From contig JBBFKZ010000009.1 in NCBI GenBank assembly GCA_037481775.1, forward strand, positions 1 to 64,000: 64,000 nt of DNA, given 5' to 3'. This document shows positions 21,888 to 32,334 of this stretch, piece after piece. How positions within the stretch are numbered: position 1 is the first letter of the stretch; each line of letters opens with the position of its first letter. Source of the DNA: Candidatus Bathyarchaeia archaeon (GTDB lineage Archaea; Thermoproteota; Bathyarchaeia; Bathyarchaeales; Bathycorpusculaceae). The position numbers and the translations under genes are program-made. Under the pieces are notes generated by a model, which did no database searches, had not been told where the DNA came from, and saw nothing but the letters and a program-made list of their open reading frames with translations.

Positions 21888-22502
21888 TTGCTGACAAAAT
21901 TAAAGAAGAAAGTCCAAGACTTATTGACTTCAGAAGCGAAAGCCGCGCATAAAATAGGCTTAACTCCAAATAGCGTAAGTCTCATAGGTTTGATGCTGGC
22001 TTTCTTTTCAGCAGCTGCATATGCAATTGGGCAAAATCAGCCCGTTTGGCTTCTTACAGCAACTGTTCTGCTCTTAGCATCAGGATTTTGCGATGCGCTT
22101 GACGGCGTAATAGCTAGAATTTATCAGCAGCAAAGCGTTTTAGGCGGGTTCTTGGACTCCTTGCTGGATAGATACGCCGACGCCGCTGTATTCATTGGTA
22201 TTATAATCGGTGAACTGTGCGAGCCTTTATGGGGATTAGCCGCCTTGGCGGGTTCTTTGCTGGTGAGTTACAGCCGGGCAAGGGCTGAGGCAGCAGGTAT
22301 AAAACTGGAGTCTGTAGGCTTAGCTGAAAGAGCTGAACGCATGATAATTTTGTCAGCCGCTAGCCTAGCCGCGATTTATTGGCTTCCAGCCTTAAACATC
22401 AGCGTAGTGTTGCTTGCTATACTCACAAACTTGACAGTCCTACAGAGAGGCTTACATGTTTATAATGCATTAAAGAAAAAAGGTGATAAAATTGAAAGCT
22501 AG
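21888..22502 (+). CDS. CDP-alcohol phosphatidyltransferase, probable archaetidylinositol phosphate synthase
   Basis: TPN, DALDG..AR..GGFLDSLLDRYAD, SYSRARAE, GLAERAER. Confidence 0.9.
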   Translation: MLTKLKKKVQDLLTSEAKAAHKIGLTPNSVSLIGLMLAFFSAAAYAIGQNQPVWLLTATVLLLASGFCDALDGVIARIYQQQSVLGGFLDSLLDRYADAAVFIGIIIGELCEPLWGLAALAGSLLVSYSRARAEAAGIKLESVGLAERAERMIILSAASLAAIYWLPALNISVVLLAILTNLTVLQRGLHVYNALKKKGDKIES

Positions 22503-22786
22503 CGTCTTCTATGGCGCGAGCGCCTTTCGCTTTCGGCCCTAACCTTTACAATTCCCCGATGTACAGCGCATGAAATGCAATAATATTTGGTATCCACCCA
22601 TGAGGAGAGGTATGTGCCTTTCTGCCGAAGTTCCTTAGCCAATTGAGGATCGACAAAGGACACACGACGCGTAGACTTTTTCGCCTTGTCACGCGGCACC
22701 ATCTGCCCACACATGGCGCATTGTACAAGGCCGCTACTTCCTTTGCCTCCTTTGGATCTTCCACGACTTTTTCGCTTAACTGGCAA
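22499..22786 (-). CDS. rps26e: 30S ribosomal protein S26e
   Basis: KRKSRGR, VQCAMCGQMVPRDKA, YCISCAVH..IVKVR. Confidence 0.97.
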   Translation of the reverse strand: MPVKRKSRGRSKGGKGSSGLVQCAMCGQMVPRDKAKKSTRRVSFVDPQLAKELRQKGTYLSSWVDTKYYCISCAVHRGIVKVRAESERRSRHRRR

Positions 22787-23138
22787 CTATTATAAACCCC
22801 TATGTACTCGTTGATGTGCAAATAGTAATTTTTCTGCTTTATATACTTGCGCTTATGAAAGACACATAGCGTGATATTCCGCCTAAGCGTCAAGCTTGTC
22901 TTAACCTTTGTGCAATTGCGATAACCCTTTTTTGATGCCCTTATATTCTTTGAACTACGCCTTTAGTAGTTTGCAGCTACTTTTTATACATAGGCTTTCA
23001 TCAATGCAACGATATGAACCGCAAAACAATCTTATGTTTGCGCCAATTCTGCAAGCTTTTGCCAATTTTAGATTAAACATGTTAAGCAACTCATTCAAGT
23101 CGCTGAAACATGAAGGACTTGTTGCCGTCAAACCAAAT

Positions 23139-24044
23139 TCAGCAAATATCTGGGCGCAACTTTAAGATGTAAGCAATGTTTGCCTTGGCATCAATTTTAG
23201 GTATTATTTTACCTGTAGGCGAAGTCATGAGGCTTGTTACGCCTGGCCCATGGCCTGCAGTAACACAATTTGTATGTATCACTATGCCGAGTGAGACAGC
23301 GCCTTGGCGGTAAATTCGTCCAAAAGAGTGATCTGCATCGATTATAGCTACTAAATCGCCGAGCTTCAAATCTTCAAGCCCGTACTGTTCTATCACTTTT
23401 TCATCAAACAGTTGTATGTCATAATCTCCTGAGTGCACATGGTTTGCGCCTAGACCTGAACCCATTATGGCTGCGGGAACGATATGCGTTACAGGAACTT
23501 CCAGTTTTTCCCCATGGGGTTTCGGATTTAGCGCCTCCAGAAAGCCTGGGTCCATGTTCATCACTTTTATGTCAGGGAAATCTATGAGTTTTAAGCCGAC
23601 ACCGAGTGCTTTCACAAGTATTTTGTCGCCAAGCATGAGCTTCTCTAAAGTTTCAGGCTGAAAATCAACGAGAACGTGTTCTATTCCTCCGTGTTTTCCT
23701 GTGACAATGCCTTTAGCGCCTTTTGCGTCACCGGTGACAACGATTGCTTCGTTGCCAATGCAAGAAAGCACATTGAAAGCGGCGTTGGCACCTTGCCCAT
23801 AGCGCGGATCGTTTTCTTTGTTTTCCACGCTGACACCCGGCTCAACATGATCAGCCTCCCAGCCGCACGCTGGATCACCTACTCGCAGGTTGTAGGTTAT
23901 CCCTCCTACCCCAGGCAAAATCAATGGCTTGCCACTGGCTGAGATATTGTAAACTGATCTGCCAACGACTGGACTGGCGATTTCTCCCATAACTGAAATT
24001 TTTACGAGCTTATCAACATTTGTTCTTAACATGGACATCTGCAT
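23139..24044 (-). CDS. DUF4438 family protein
   Basis: PGVGGITYN, DHVEPGVS, GKHGGIEH, MGSGLG, DYDI, GHGPG motifs. Confidence 0.8.
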   Translation of the reverse strand: MQMSMLRTNVDKLVKISVMGEIASPVVGRSVYNISASGKPLILPGVGGITYNLRVGDPACGWEADHVEPGVSVENKENDPRYGQGANAAFNVLSCIGNEAIVVTGDAKGAKGIVTGKHGGIEHVLVDFQPETLEKLMLGDKILVKALGVGLKLIDFPDIKVMNMDPGFLEALNPKPHGEKLEVPVTHIVPAAIMGSGLGANHVHSGDYDIQLFDEKVIEQYGLEDLKLGDLVAIIDADHSFGRIYRQGAVSLGIVIHTNCVTAGHGPGVTSLMTSPTGKIIPKIDAKANIAYILKLRPDIC

Positions 24045-24351
24045 CTTTATGTTGTTTATATTAAATAAAAACTTGTCAGTTGTCTAGAGGTTTTCCGTTG
24101 TGAGGGTGATTTTTGCTGAGCCACTGGTACTGTTGTTTATCTGCAAATCTCTGCACTGTTATGCGCCAAAATTGCGCGCCGTACAGCTTATGTAATAAAA
24201 AAGTAAAAAGAATCTTTTTTTGTTCGCCGAGGTAAAAGGGAAAACTGCAAAGTTTTTTGTGTTTGGACTTAAGCAACTCTTAAATGTGTGATTACTACTT
24301 TTGACTTGTGGATGTCAAGGCACAGCTGAACAGTTGGGAAGGCGCTTAGTT

Positions 24352-24930
24352 ATGTCTGAAATAGGATTAAGAACACGTATGCTCGTCAAAGACGTCATGA
24401 GTAGTCCAGTAGTAACCGTGAACGAAGACGCAACATCAAATAAAGTTGCCAGTCTCATGGAAGAAAACGAGTTGGGCTGCGTCATAATCACTAACAAGGA
24501 AGGGAAACCCGTTGGCATAATAACAGAAAGAGACTTGGTGATTAGGGTTCTATCCAAAAACCTAAAGCCTGATGCTGTAAAAGCGAAGGAAATTATGACG
24601 TCGCCTTTAGTTACAATAGAGCCAGATGTAACAATAAACGAAGCAGCGAAAAAAATGAACAAACTCAATATCAGGCGACTTGGAGTTATCTACAAAGGCA
24701 ACCTTGTTGGCGTAGTCTCAAGCAAAGACATTCTTGGAGTAATGCCTGAGCTAATAGAGATAATCCAGGAAAAGACACGCATCGAAGACGCTTCTGGCTC
24801 AGAAGAATCAGTAATCGAGGAAGCACCTCTCTCTGGATATTGCGACCGTTGCGGCGTGTTCTCAGAAAACCTGAAAAACGTAGATGGTCACAACTTATGC
24901 GAAGACTGCCGCATAGAATTAGAAATTTAG
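24352..24930 (+). CDS. CBS-pair protein with C-terminal zinc ribbon
   Basis: VKDVMS, GIITERD, KEIMTSP; C-terminal CDRC...CEDC. Confidence 0.88.
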   Translation: MSEIGLRTRMLVKDVMSSPVVTVNEDATSNKVASLMEENELGCVIITNKEGKPVGIITERDLVIRVLSKNLKPDAVKAKEIMTSPLVTIEPDVTINEAAKKMNKLNIRRLGVIYKGNLVGVVSSKDILGVMPELIEIIQEKTRIEDASGSEESVIEEAPLSGYCDRCGVFSENLKNVDGHNLCEDCRIELEI

Positions 24931-25021
24931 CGAATCGGCGAAATCAAGCGAAACAGCTGATGTTCAAATAAACTTTTAATTAATCTTCCTCTTTGTTATT
25001 CGCTGGAAAGGCGCGTTTAAA

Positions 25022-26368
25022 TTGATTGTTGATTCTGTGCTGGCAAACGCTAAGGCTTACCTTGACAAGGAAATAGTTGATTGCTGCATAGCGATAGAGG
25101 ACGGCAGAATCTTCAAGATAGGCAAAGAGTCACAGATGCCAAAAGCCGACGAGAAACTTGACCTTAGGAACCTTCTGGTTCTGCCTGGCTTAATCGATGC
25201 GCATGTACACCTTCGCGATGAAGGGAAAGCTTACAAAGAAGACTTTTACACGGGGACTGCTGCTGCCGCTGCTGGCGGAATAACAACAGTCCTAGATATG
25301 CCTAACAATTCACCTGTAACCATGAGTGCAGAAGCACTGAAAAATCGGATGCAGATAGCGGAAAAAAAGGTTCTTGTTAATGTTGGATTTTATTCTGAGT
25401 TTCCAACCAACTTGAATAGCATTAAAGATATTGTTACTCAAGGCGCGGTGGCTTTCAAACTCTTTATGGCTGCCAACATCGGCGGATTAAACGTTGATGA
25501 TGATAAAGCATTGCAAGAGGCGTTTAGCAAAGTTGGGGAACTAGGTGTTCCAGTTGCGGTTCACGCCGAAGATAAGGCGCTTTTAAGGGCAAACGAGGAA
25601 AGACTTAAGCGGGCCAACCGCCACGACGCAGATGCCTTCCTTAAGGCGCATTCAGAGCAGGTTGAACTTAAAGCAGTAAAGCGGTTGCTGGAGACAAGTG
25701 CGAAAGTCAATGTGCATTTGCATTTTTGCCATATGACAACTAAAGAAGGGTTGAACGCCGTGATTGAGGCGAAAAAAGCTGGCAGAAATGTAACTTGCGA
25801 AGTGACTCCCCTGCACCTTTTGTTGTCAAACGCTGATTTCGAGCGTTATGGGCTAATGCTAATAATGGTGCCGCCCCTTCGCAGCAAAAGCCACATAGAA
25901 GCACTTTGGCGTGGAATATCTGAGGGTTGGGTCGACACTTTAGGTTCCGATCACGCCCCTCACACTTTAGATGAAAAATCTGCTAGCAGCGTTTGGGACA
26001 TTAAAGTTGGCTTGCCTGGGCTTGAAACAACTCTTCCTCTCATGTTAACTATGATGAAGAAGGGCAGAATTTCATTAGCGAATGTTATCCGTTTGCTCTC
26101 GGAAAAACCCGCGGAAATTTTCAATTTAAAAGACCGCGGCTACCTAAAACCGGGGAACAAGGCCGATTTAACAATTGTAGACTTAAAAAAGAAATTCAAG
26201 ATTGACGCCGCAAAGTTCCATTCCAAAGCAAAATATTCGCCTTTTGACGGCTGGGAAGTGCAAGGCAAACCAGTAAAAACTTTTGTTAATGGGCTTTTAG
26301 TCATGGATGAACAGGAGATTATAGCGAAACCAGGAAGTGGCGAAGTCCTGCGGAGAGAGTGTATGTGA
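25022..26368 (+). CDS. pyrC: Dihydroorotase family cyclic amidohydrolase
   Basis: PGLIDAHVHLR, AAAGGITTVLDMPN, HAED, CEVTPLHL, GSDHAPH. Confidence 0.88.
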   Translation: MIVDSVLANAKAYLDKEIVDCCIAIEDGRIFKIGKESQMPKADEKLDLRNLLVLPGLIDAHVHLRDEGKAYKEDFYTGTAAAAAGGITTVLDMPNNSPVTMSAEALKNRMQIAEKKVLVNVGFYSEFPTNLNSIKDIVTQGAVAFKLFMAANIGGLNVDDDKALQEAFSKVGELGVPVAVHAEDKALLRANEERLKRANRHDADAFLKAHSEQVELKAVKRLLETSAKVNVHLHFCHMTTKEGLNAVIEAKKAGRNVTCEVTPLHLLLSNADFERYGLMLIMVPPLRSKSHIEALWRGISEGWVDTLGSDHAPHTLDEKSASSVWDIKVGLPGLETTLPLMLTMMKKGRISLANVIRLLSEKPAEIFNLKDRGYLKPGNKADLTIVDLKKKFKIDAAKFHSKAKYSPFDGWEVQGKPVKTFVNGLLVMDEQEIIAKPGSGEVLRRECM

Positions 26369-26844
26369 ATTTTATTGCGGATGGCATGCTTGGGAAACTG
26401 ACGAGGTGGCTTCGCATGCTGGGACAAGACGTGAAATACTCCAACCAATTTGAGGATGACGAGCTTATTACGCTTGCTAAAAAAGAGCACCGCATTCTTC
26501 TTACAAGAGATCTGGAGCTTTACCAACGCGCCATCGCCAGAGGTGTTGAGGCTTTCTATGTTGAAGGGCGAACAGAAGCAGAAAGGCTATCTGAACTTGC
26601 TAAGCGATTTGATATTCCGCTAACTATAGATATGGCGCGCTCTCGTTGCCCGAAATGCAACACCATTGTTCAGCCAGTACCTAAAGAAAAAATTGTAGGC
26701 AAAATTGAGCAGAACACTTTCACCTTTTATGATAAATTTTGGGAATGCCCTAAGTGTGATAGCATCTATTGGCAAGGCGCCCATTGGAGTCGAATCAACG
26801 CTACTCTTGAAGAAGCAAAGAAAAGACTGTTTAATTTTAGCTAA
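26359..26844 (+). CDS. Mut7-C RNase (PIN-like, DUF82) with zinc ribbon
   Basis: [41 protein letters not shown]. Confidence 0.9.
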   Translation: MYVNFIADGMLGKLTRWLRMLGQDVKYSNQFEDDELITLAKKEHRILLTRDLELYQRAIARGVEAFYVEGRTEAERLSELAKRFDIPLTIDMARSRCPKCNTIVQPVPKEKIVGKIEQNTFTFYDKFWECPKCDSIYWQGAHWSRINATLEEAKKRLFNFS

Positions 26845-27088
26845 GTAGCCACTTCAACGGAATATCCTGAAAGGTTCCGTCAGGCAAGGTTCTTCTGATA
26901 GTTATTGGAAGTATGCCAACTTCAAGCTCTTTTAATGCTATTTCAATAGGATTCGAATATTCCCCGCTCACTTCTATGAGTATTGGTGCACCCATAGAAA
27001 TCTGAAGTGCTCTCGCTCCCACTATTCTAGCCTTCTCGAACCGCGTGAGTTTCGGAGGACCTACTAATATTTTCTTTTGTGCAGACGT
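26837..27088 (-). CDS. rpoK: DNA-directed RNA polymerase subunit K (Rpo6); probable non-canonical start (ACG 27088 or ATA 27070)
   Basis: Reading upstream of GTG 27022 in frame gives [26 protein letters not shown], the Rpo6 signature; no ATG/GTG/TTG precedes it before the thermosome TAG. Confidence 0.92.
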   Translation of the reverse strand, partial: TSAQKKILVGPPKLTRFEKARIVGARALQISMGAPILIEVSGEYSNPIEIALKELEVGILPITIRRTLPDGTFQDIPLKWLLS

Positions 27089-27091
27089 ATT

Positions 27092-28747
27092 CTAATACTC
27101 TCCAGCGCCTGGATATGGTCCACCAGGAGCTTCGCCTGGTGGTGTTGGTGGCGCCTTCATTTTTCCAGCAGCAATTATATCATCGATTTTAAGAATCATC
27201 GAAGCCGCCTCGGTTGCTGACTTAATTATCTGTTTCTTCACTGTAACAGGCTCGAAGACACCAGCTTTTGTCATGTCCTGAACTTTTCCTTCTATGACTT
27301 CTATGCCTGCCCATATTTCCCCTTTGTCATGTCGGGCTCTTAATTCTGAAAGTATGTCAATTGGTTCTAAACCAGCATTTTCAGCGAGCGCCACTGCAAT
27401 TGACTCCAAGGCGTCTGCGAAAATTCTAACTGCCAATTGCTCTCTTCCAGGCAAGGTGTCTGCGTAAGCCCTTAGTGCACGTGCCATTTCAAGCTCTGGT
27501 GCACTGCCGCCTGCAACGACCTTTGGCTCTTCAAGTATGTCTTTGATCACGCATAGTGCATCATGGATTGATCGTTCAGCTTCTGCTATTATGCGTTCGG
27601 TTCCGCCTCTTATCAAAATTGTAACTGCTCGTGGATGCTTGCAGCCTTCAATAAAGGTCATTTTGTCGTTTCCGATTTTCCGTTCTTCGACTAAGTCGGC
27701 ATACCCAAGGTCAGCGGATGTTATGCTATCCAATTTAGTTACTATTTTCCCACCTGTAGCTTTTGCCAACTTTTCCATATCTGACTTTTTGGCTCTTCGA
27801 ACTGCAGTTATTCCTTTCCTTGCAAGGAAGTGCTGAACCATGTCGTCTATACCTTTTTGGCATATGACAACATTTGCACCGACAGCGGTTATTTTATCAA
27901 CCATGTCTTTCAGCATGACTTCTTCTTGTTTGAGAAAAGCTTCAATCTGGTCTGGGCTTTCAATATTGATTTTTGAATCGAACTCGGTTTTTTCAATTTC
28001 TAAAGAAGTATCAAGCAGAGCAATTTTGGCTTTTTCAACTCGCTTTGGCATTCCTGAATGCGCTATTTCTTTGTCTAGGACTATGCCTTTTATCAAGCTT
28101 GTATCTCTGAGGGATTCACCTGTTTTCTTTTCAACCTTAACGTCTTCTACATCAACCTTATAGTTGGCGCCTTCTTTCGTTGCGACTTCCAACATAGCTT
28201 TTACCGCCATGTCCGCCAAGTACTCTTTATGCTCAGCCACGATTTTACTTGCCATAGACGTCACGGCGGCTTTCTTCAGATGTTCTTGCTTGCTTACATC
28301 CACCGGTATCGCTATTTTTTCCAAAATTTCTATCGCTTTTCCCGCCGCTTTTTTATACCCATCAATTATTATTGTTGGGTGCACATTTTTATCTATCAAC
28401 TCTTCAGCTTTGCTTAGTAGTTCTCCCGCTATTATGACCGCAGATGTTGTGCCGTCGCCAGCCTCGTTATCCTGTGTTTTCGCAACTTCCACTAGCATCT
28501 TAGCTGCAGGATGCTGAATATCCATTTCATCTAAAATGGTGCGCCCATCGCTTGTGATTGTCACATCGCCAAAACTGTCAACTAACATTTTATCCATGCC
28601 TTTAGGGCCTAAGGAGCTTCGAACACTTTCAGCCACGATTTTTGCAGCAGTTATATTTGCATGCTGCGCTTCTCTTCCGCGAGATCTGCTTGAACCTTCT
28701 TTCAACACGAGAACTGGAATTCCGCCAGCTTGAGCTGGTAATGACAA
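27092..28747 (-). CDS. Thermosome (group II chaperonin) subunit
   Basis: [27 protein letters not shown]; TTG start at 28747. Confidence 0.97.
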   Translation of the reverse strand: MSLPAQAGGIPVLVLKEGSSRSRGREAQHANITAAKIVAESVRSSLGPKGMDKMLVDSFGDVTITSDGRTILDEMDIQHPAAKMLVEVAKTQDNEAGDGTTSAVIIAGELLSKAEELIDKNVHPTIIIDGYKKAAGKAIEILEKIAIPVDVSKQEHLKKAAVTSMASKIVAEHKEYLADMAVKAMLEVATKEGANYKVDVEDVKVEKKTGESLRDTSLIKGIVLDKEIAHSGMPKRVEKAKIALLDTSLEIEKTEFDSKINIESPDQIEAFLKQEEVMLKDMVDKITAVGANVVICQKGIDDMVQHFLARKGITAVRRAKKSDMEKLAKATGGKIVTKLDSITSADLGYADLVEERKIGNDKMTFIEGCKHPRAVTILIRGGTERIIAEAERSIHDALCVIKDILEEPKVVAGGSAPELEMARALRAYADTLPGREQLAVRIFADALESIAVALAENAGLEPIDILSELRARHDKGEIWAGIEVIEGKVQDMTKAGVFEPVTVKKQIIKSATEAASMILKIDDIIAAGKMKAPPTPPGEAPGGPYPGAGEY

Positions 28748-28886
28748 ATCAAGATAACCCCCTTTTAGTGCGCACAACAAAAAAACATAATTACCATATA
28801 AATTTTTCTAGCAAAATTGTCGAACCGCGCTTAAAAAGTTTCCTATAAATGTTGTCGCAATTCTTAACTTTGACTTATCGAGCAGA

Positions 28887-29390
28887 TTAATAGACGGCGA
28901 CTTTGGCTACACCCTTAATTTTCAGCAGCTCAGGAATTAACTCGCCTGGAATCTTTTTCTCCACAATTAATGTAAGTTTTGGTTCTGGAGAGAGCTCGGG
29001 GTCATCTACTATTGCCTGCCTGATGCTTAAGCCAGCTCTTGTAAGAATCATGGCAGAGTTGGCCAGTATGCCAGGCGTCTTCGCGTCAACCGGTGTTATC
29101 TCTAATACACCCAAGTTCAGGTATTTCGAGATTTCTTTCAAAGAATGTCCAGCTGGGCGTATTTCCTCAAATATCAGCTCGAGTTCGCGGTTGGCTTTGA
29201 TGACCTTTAATGTTTCACTTACTGTTCGCCTATCTACACCAGCGGCTCTTGCAACGCGTAATGGCGGAATTTCAATTTGATTGAGATATATTTTGCCGTC
29301 TTTTGTGCTCAACCCGTTTTCGACTAGGATGCGTGCTACCTTAAGCCGTTCAGGGTATCCCTCTAAATATTTCCTGATGGTGTTCCACAT
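28887..29390 (-). CDS. trpY: TrpY-like HTH + ACT domain regulator (COG2150)
   Basis: Starts MW (MWNTIRKYL); ARAAGVDRRTV HTH; ACT domain (PGILA, IRQAI.DDP); divergent from trpB2 with TGTACA boxes between. Confidence 0.8.
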   Translation of the reverse strand: MWNTIRKYLEGYPERLKVARILVENGLSTKDGKIYLNQIEIPPLRVARAAGVDRRTVSETLKVIKANRELELIFEEIRPAGHSLKEISKYLNLGVLEITPVDAKTPGILANSAMILTRAGLSIRQAIVDDPELSPEPKLTLIVEKKIPGELIPELLKIKGVAKVAVY

Positions 29391-29512
29391 AACCAAGTTC
29401 CTTTTCATGTACTTAGTTTATTAAAGTATAAATGTATTAGTGGGTTTTTCGCGCATCTATTTTCCATGTAAATTCAACTCTACTGCTAACGTTTCTTTTG
29501 CAGTGTTGTTCA

Positions 29513-29528
29513 TGTACAGTTCTGTACA
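29513..29528. promoter_or_regulatory. Tandem TRP boxes TGTACA-GTTC-TGTACA (TrpY operator) next to the trpB2 BRE/TATA
   Basis: Perfect inverted repeat TGTACAG-TT-CTGTACA directly upstream of AAAAGATTTAATA; matches the TGTACA TRP-box consensus of methanogen TrpY. Confidence 0.8.
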
Positions 29529-29593
29529 CAAAAGATTTAATACGTCATCTACGTACGGTTTACAACTTATACGCATACAGGAGGAAATAGGAC

Positions 29594-30988
29594 ATACCCT
29601 CTAAGAAAATAATCTTAGACGAAGAAAACATTCCAAAACAGTGGTACTGCATATTACCTGACTTGCCTAAACCGCTACCGCCGCCCATAGATCCCGTTAC
29701 AAAGGAGCCTGGCCCAGGCATTGTTGCCAAAATATTCCCTAAGCAAATACTAGCCCAAGAAATGAGCACTGAACGGTGGATAAGTATCCCTGAAGAGGTG
29801 CGGGATGTTTACCGACTTTGGCGACCAACGCCAATGTATAGAGCTACTGGTTTGGAGAAAGCTTTGAAGACGCCGGCTAAAATCTATTACAAGTATGAAG
29901 GAGTAAGCCCGCCTGGAAGCCATAAGCCGAACACCGCAGTCGCGCAGGCTTACTATAACATGAAAGAAGGAGTAACTCGATTGGCTACTGAAACAGGCGC
30001 TGGCCAATGGGGGTCGTCTCTTGCTTTTGCATGCATGATTTTTGGGTTAGAATGCACGGTTTACATGGTTAAAGCTAGCTATCAGCAGAAGCCGTACCGA
30101 AGGATTATGATGGAATCATATGGCGCTGATGTCTATGCAAGCCCAAGCACGCATACAAAAAGCGGAAGGGCAATTTTAAAGGAGAATCCTGATAGCCCAG
30201 GCAGCTTGGGAATAGCCATAAGCGAAGCAGTTGAAGACGCGCTGGAGCATGATACCGTCAATTACGGCATAGGCAGCGTTTTCAATCATGTTCTTACACA
30301 CCAAACCGTAATAGGGCTAGAAGCTAAAGAACAGATGGCGATGGCAGGAGAATACCCTGACGTGATAATCGGATGTATAGGCGGGGGCAGCAGCTTTTCT
30401 GGGCTTTTCTGGCCCTTCTACCACGACAAAATCTCCAAGAAAGCACCGAAAGATGTGCGCTTTGTGGCAACTGAAGCTACAGCTTGCCCCAAGGTCACAA
30501 AAGGCGAGTACACTTATGACCACGGTGATACTGCAAGGCTTACGCCGCTGGTGCCAATGCACACCATTGGGCACGATTTTATACCAGCTCCCATCCATGC
30601 TGGTGGCTTACGCTATCATGGAATAGCGCCGACCATAAGCAATCTTTATCAAGCGAAGCAGTTGGAAACAAAGGCCTATAATCAGCTAGATGTCTTCGAG
30701 GCTGCCAAACTCTTCATTCAAACTGAAGGGATAATTCCCGCTCCAGAACCAGCTCATGCCATCAAAGGCGCGGTCGATGAAGCCTTGCGGTGTAAAGAAA
30801 CGGGCGAGGAAAAAGTTATTCTTTTCCTGCTTTGCGGTCACGGCTACTTTGACATGCAGGCCTACGACGACTACTTGAATGGTAAACTGTTGCCGTACGA
30901 GTATCCCGCAGAGAAAGTTGCGGAATCAATGCGAAAACTTAGGCAACTCTATCCTTGGCTGGATGAAGTCAAAAACAAGTTTATTTGA
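29594..30988 (+). CDS. trpB2: TrpB2 (tryptophan synthase beta type 2) PLP enzyme; probable ATA start
   Basis: [34 protein letters not shown]; conserved N-terminus [22 protein letters not shown] lies upstream of TTG 29663; ATA 29594 is 9 nt after GGAGG. Confidence 0.93.
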   Translation: MPSKKIILDEENIPKQWYCILPDLPKPLPPPIDPVTKEPGPGIVAKIFPKQILAQEMSTERWISIPEEVRDVYRLWRPTPMYRATGLEKALKTPAKIYYKYEGVSPPGSHKPNTAVAQAYYNMKEGVTRLATETGAGQWGSSLAFACMIFGLECTVYMVKASYQQKPYRRIMMESYGADVYASPSTHTKSGRAILKENPDSPGSLGIAISEAVEDALEHDTVNYGIGSVFNHVLTHQTVIGLEAKEQMAMAGEYPDVIIGCIGGGSSFSGLFWPFYHDKISKKAPKDVRFVATEATACPKVTKGEYTYDHGDTARLTPLVPMHTIGHDFIPAPIHAGGLRYHGIAPTISNLYQAKQLETKAYNQLDVFEAAKLFIQTEGIIPAPEPAHAIKGAVDEALRCKETGEEKVILFLLCGHGYFDMQAYDDYLNGKLLPYEYPAEKVAESMRKLRQLYPWLDEVKNKFI

Positions 30989-31119
30989 AAACACCTAGAA
31001 CACAGGAGGATTGCGCAGCAACGCGCAGCCTCTTAGCTTTTTATGCTTAGACACCATAAATTTTAATCACTTGCTCTCCGTTATTGTGTGTCTCTCCTGC
31101 AGAGACAAAGAAGGAATAA

Positions 31120-32259
31120 GTGTTGTGTGCTAAAAGTGCAAGTCTACCTACAAAAACCCTCGGTTTAATCGTCAATCCTGTTGCTGGTATGGGTGGCGCT
31201 GTTGGGCTCAAAGGCACCGATGGCGCAGAAATCTTGAAACGAGCTATATCCCTCGGTGCAAAGCCAACAGCGCCTGCGCGTGCCAAATCATTTCTCTCTG
31301 AATTAAGATTTCTTAAGGATAACTTGCGTCTCCTTGTGGGTGCTGGAATCATGGGCGAAGAAGAAGCGTTAAGCTGTGGTTTTTCCTGCAATGTTTTCGG
31401 GGAGAGGAAAGAGAAAACCACGGCTGAGGACACGAGGGAAATTGCAAGAGAAATTGTTGAAGCAAAAGCTGACCTTCTCGTGTTCTGCGGCGGAGATGGA
31501 ACCGCAAGAGACATTCTGGATGCTGTCAACTTCCGTACCCCCGTGCTTGGCGTCCCGACAGGTGTAAAGATGCACAGTTCTGTTTTTGCCGTGGATCCTA
31601 AAGCGGCAGCGAAGATTGCTGTTGGTTTCCTATGGGGCGAGTTGCCCTTGCGTGAGGCAGAAGTTATGGATATTGATGAAGACGCTTTTAGGGCTGGTCG
31701 CATATCAGCAAGTCTTTATGGTTACTTGTTAACCCCGTACGAGCCTTATTTGATTCAAGGCGCCAAGATGGCAAGTCCAATGACAGAGGACGAATTGCGT
31801 AACCAAGCAGCAATAGCCATATACGTCATTGAAAGCATGAAACCTGATGTGGTCTACATTATTGGCCCAGGCACAACAACCCGCGTTATTGCTGACCTTT
31901 TGGATGAGAAGAAAACGCTCTTGGGCGTTGACATTTTCTGCAACAAGAAAATTGTGGCGCGAGATGTGAATGAGCGGCAGATTTTGGATGCAATACATGG
32001 AAAAACTGCGCAGATAATCGTCACGCCAATAGGCGGTCAAGGTTTCGTTTTTGGAAGAGGAAACCAGCAGATAAGCTCAGAGGTCATTCGTCAAGTGGGC
32101 TTGGACAACATAGTTGTGATTGCAACTCAAAGTAAACTGAGAGGCCTAAAAGCGTTGAGAGTAGATACTGGCGATGCACACTTGGATGAGGCTTTTCGGA
32201 AACGCAGAATGAAAGTCATAGCCGATTACAAATTGGAATACGAAATGCCCATAGAGTAA
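31120..32259 (+). CDS. ATP-NAD kinase family protein (AcoX-like)
   Basis: NPVAGMGGAVGLKGTDG, GGDGTARD, GVKMHS, GPGTT, GRGNQQ. Confidence 0.85.
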   Translation: MLCAKSASLPTKTLGLIVNPVAGMGGAVGLKGTDGAEILKRAISLGAKPTAPARAKSFLSELRFLKDNLRLLVGAGIMGEEEALSCGFSCNVFGERKEKTTAEDTREIAREIVEAKADLLVFCGGDGTARDILDAVNFRTPVLGVPTGVKMHSSVFAVDPKAAAKIAVGFLWGELPLREAEVMDIDEDAFRAGRISASLYGYLLTPYEPYLIQGAKMASPMTEDELRNQAAIAIYVIESMKPDVVYIIGPGTTTRVIADLLDEKKTLLGVDIFCNKKIVARDVNERQILDAIHGKTAQIIVTPIGGQGFVFGRGNQQISSEVIRQVGLDNIVVIATQSKLRGLKALRVDTGDAHLDEAFRKRRMKVIADYKLEYEMPIE

Positions 32260-32334
32260 ACTGCGGTTTGCTGCTAAATTGATGCATAGACTTTTATGAA
32301 AGCAGTTTGTTTTTGTTAGTCTGAGGCGGAAATC

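Noticed and set aside
27092-27094. Genome-wide UAG recoding (pyrrolysine)
   Set aside because: Many genes here end at TAG at their expected C-termini (cdc48, trm5, pth2, truD, tes), so general read-through is unsupported.
27537-28733. Long antisense ORFs over the thermosome genes (also 54245-55924), cdc48 and clp1
   Set aside because: Shadow ORFs opposite conserved genes; no motifs or ribosome-binding sites.
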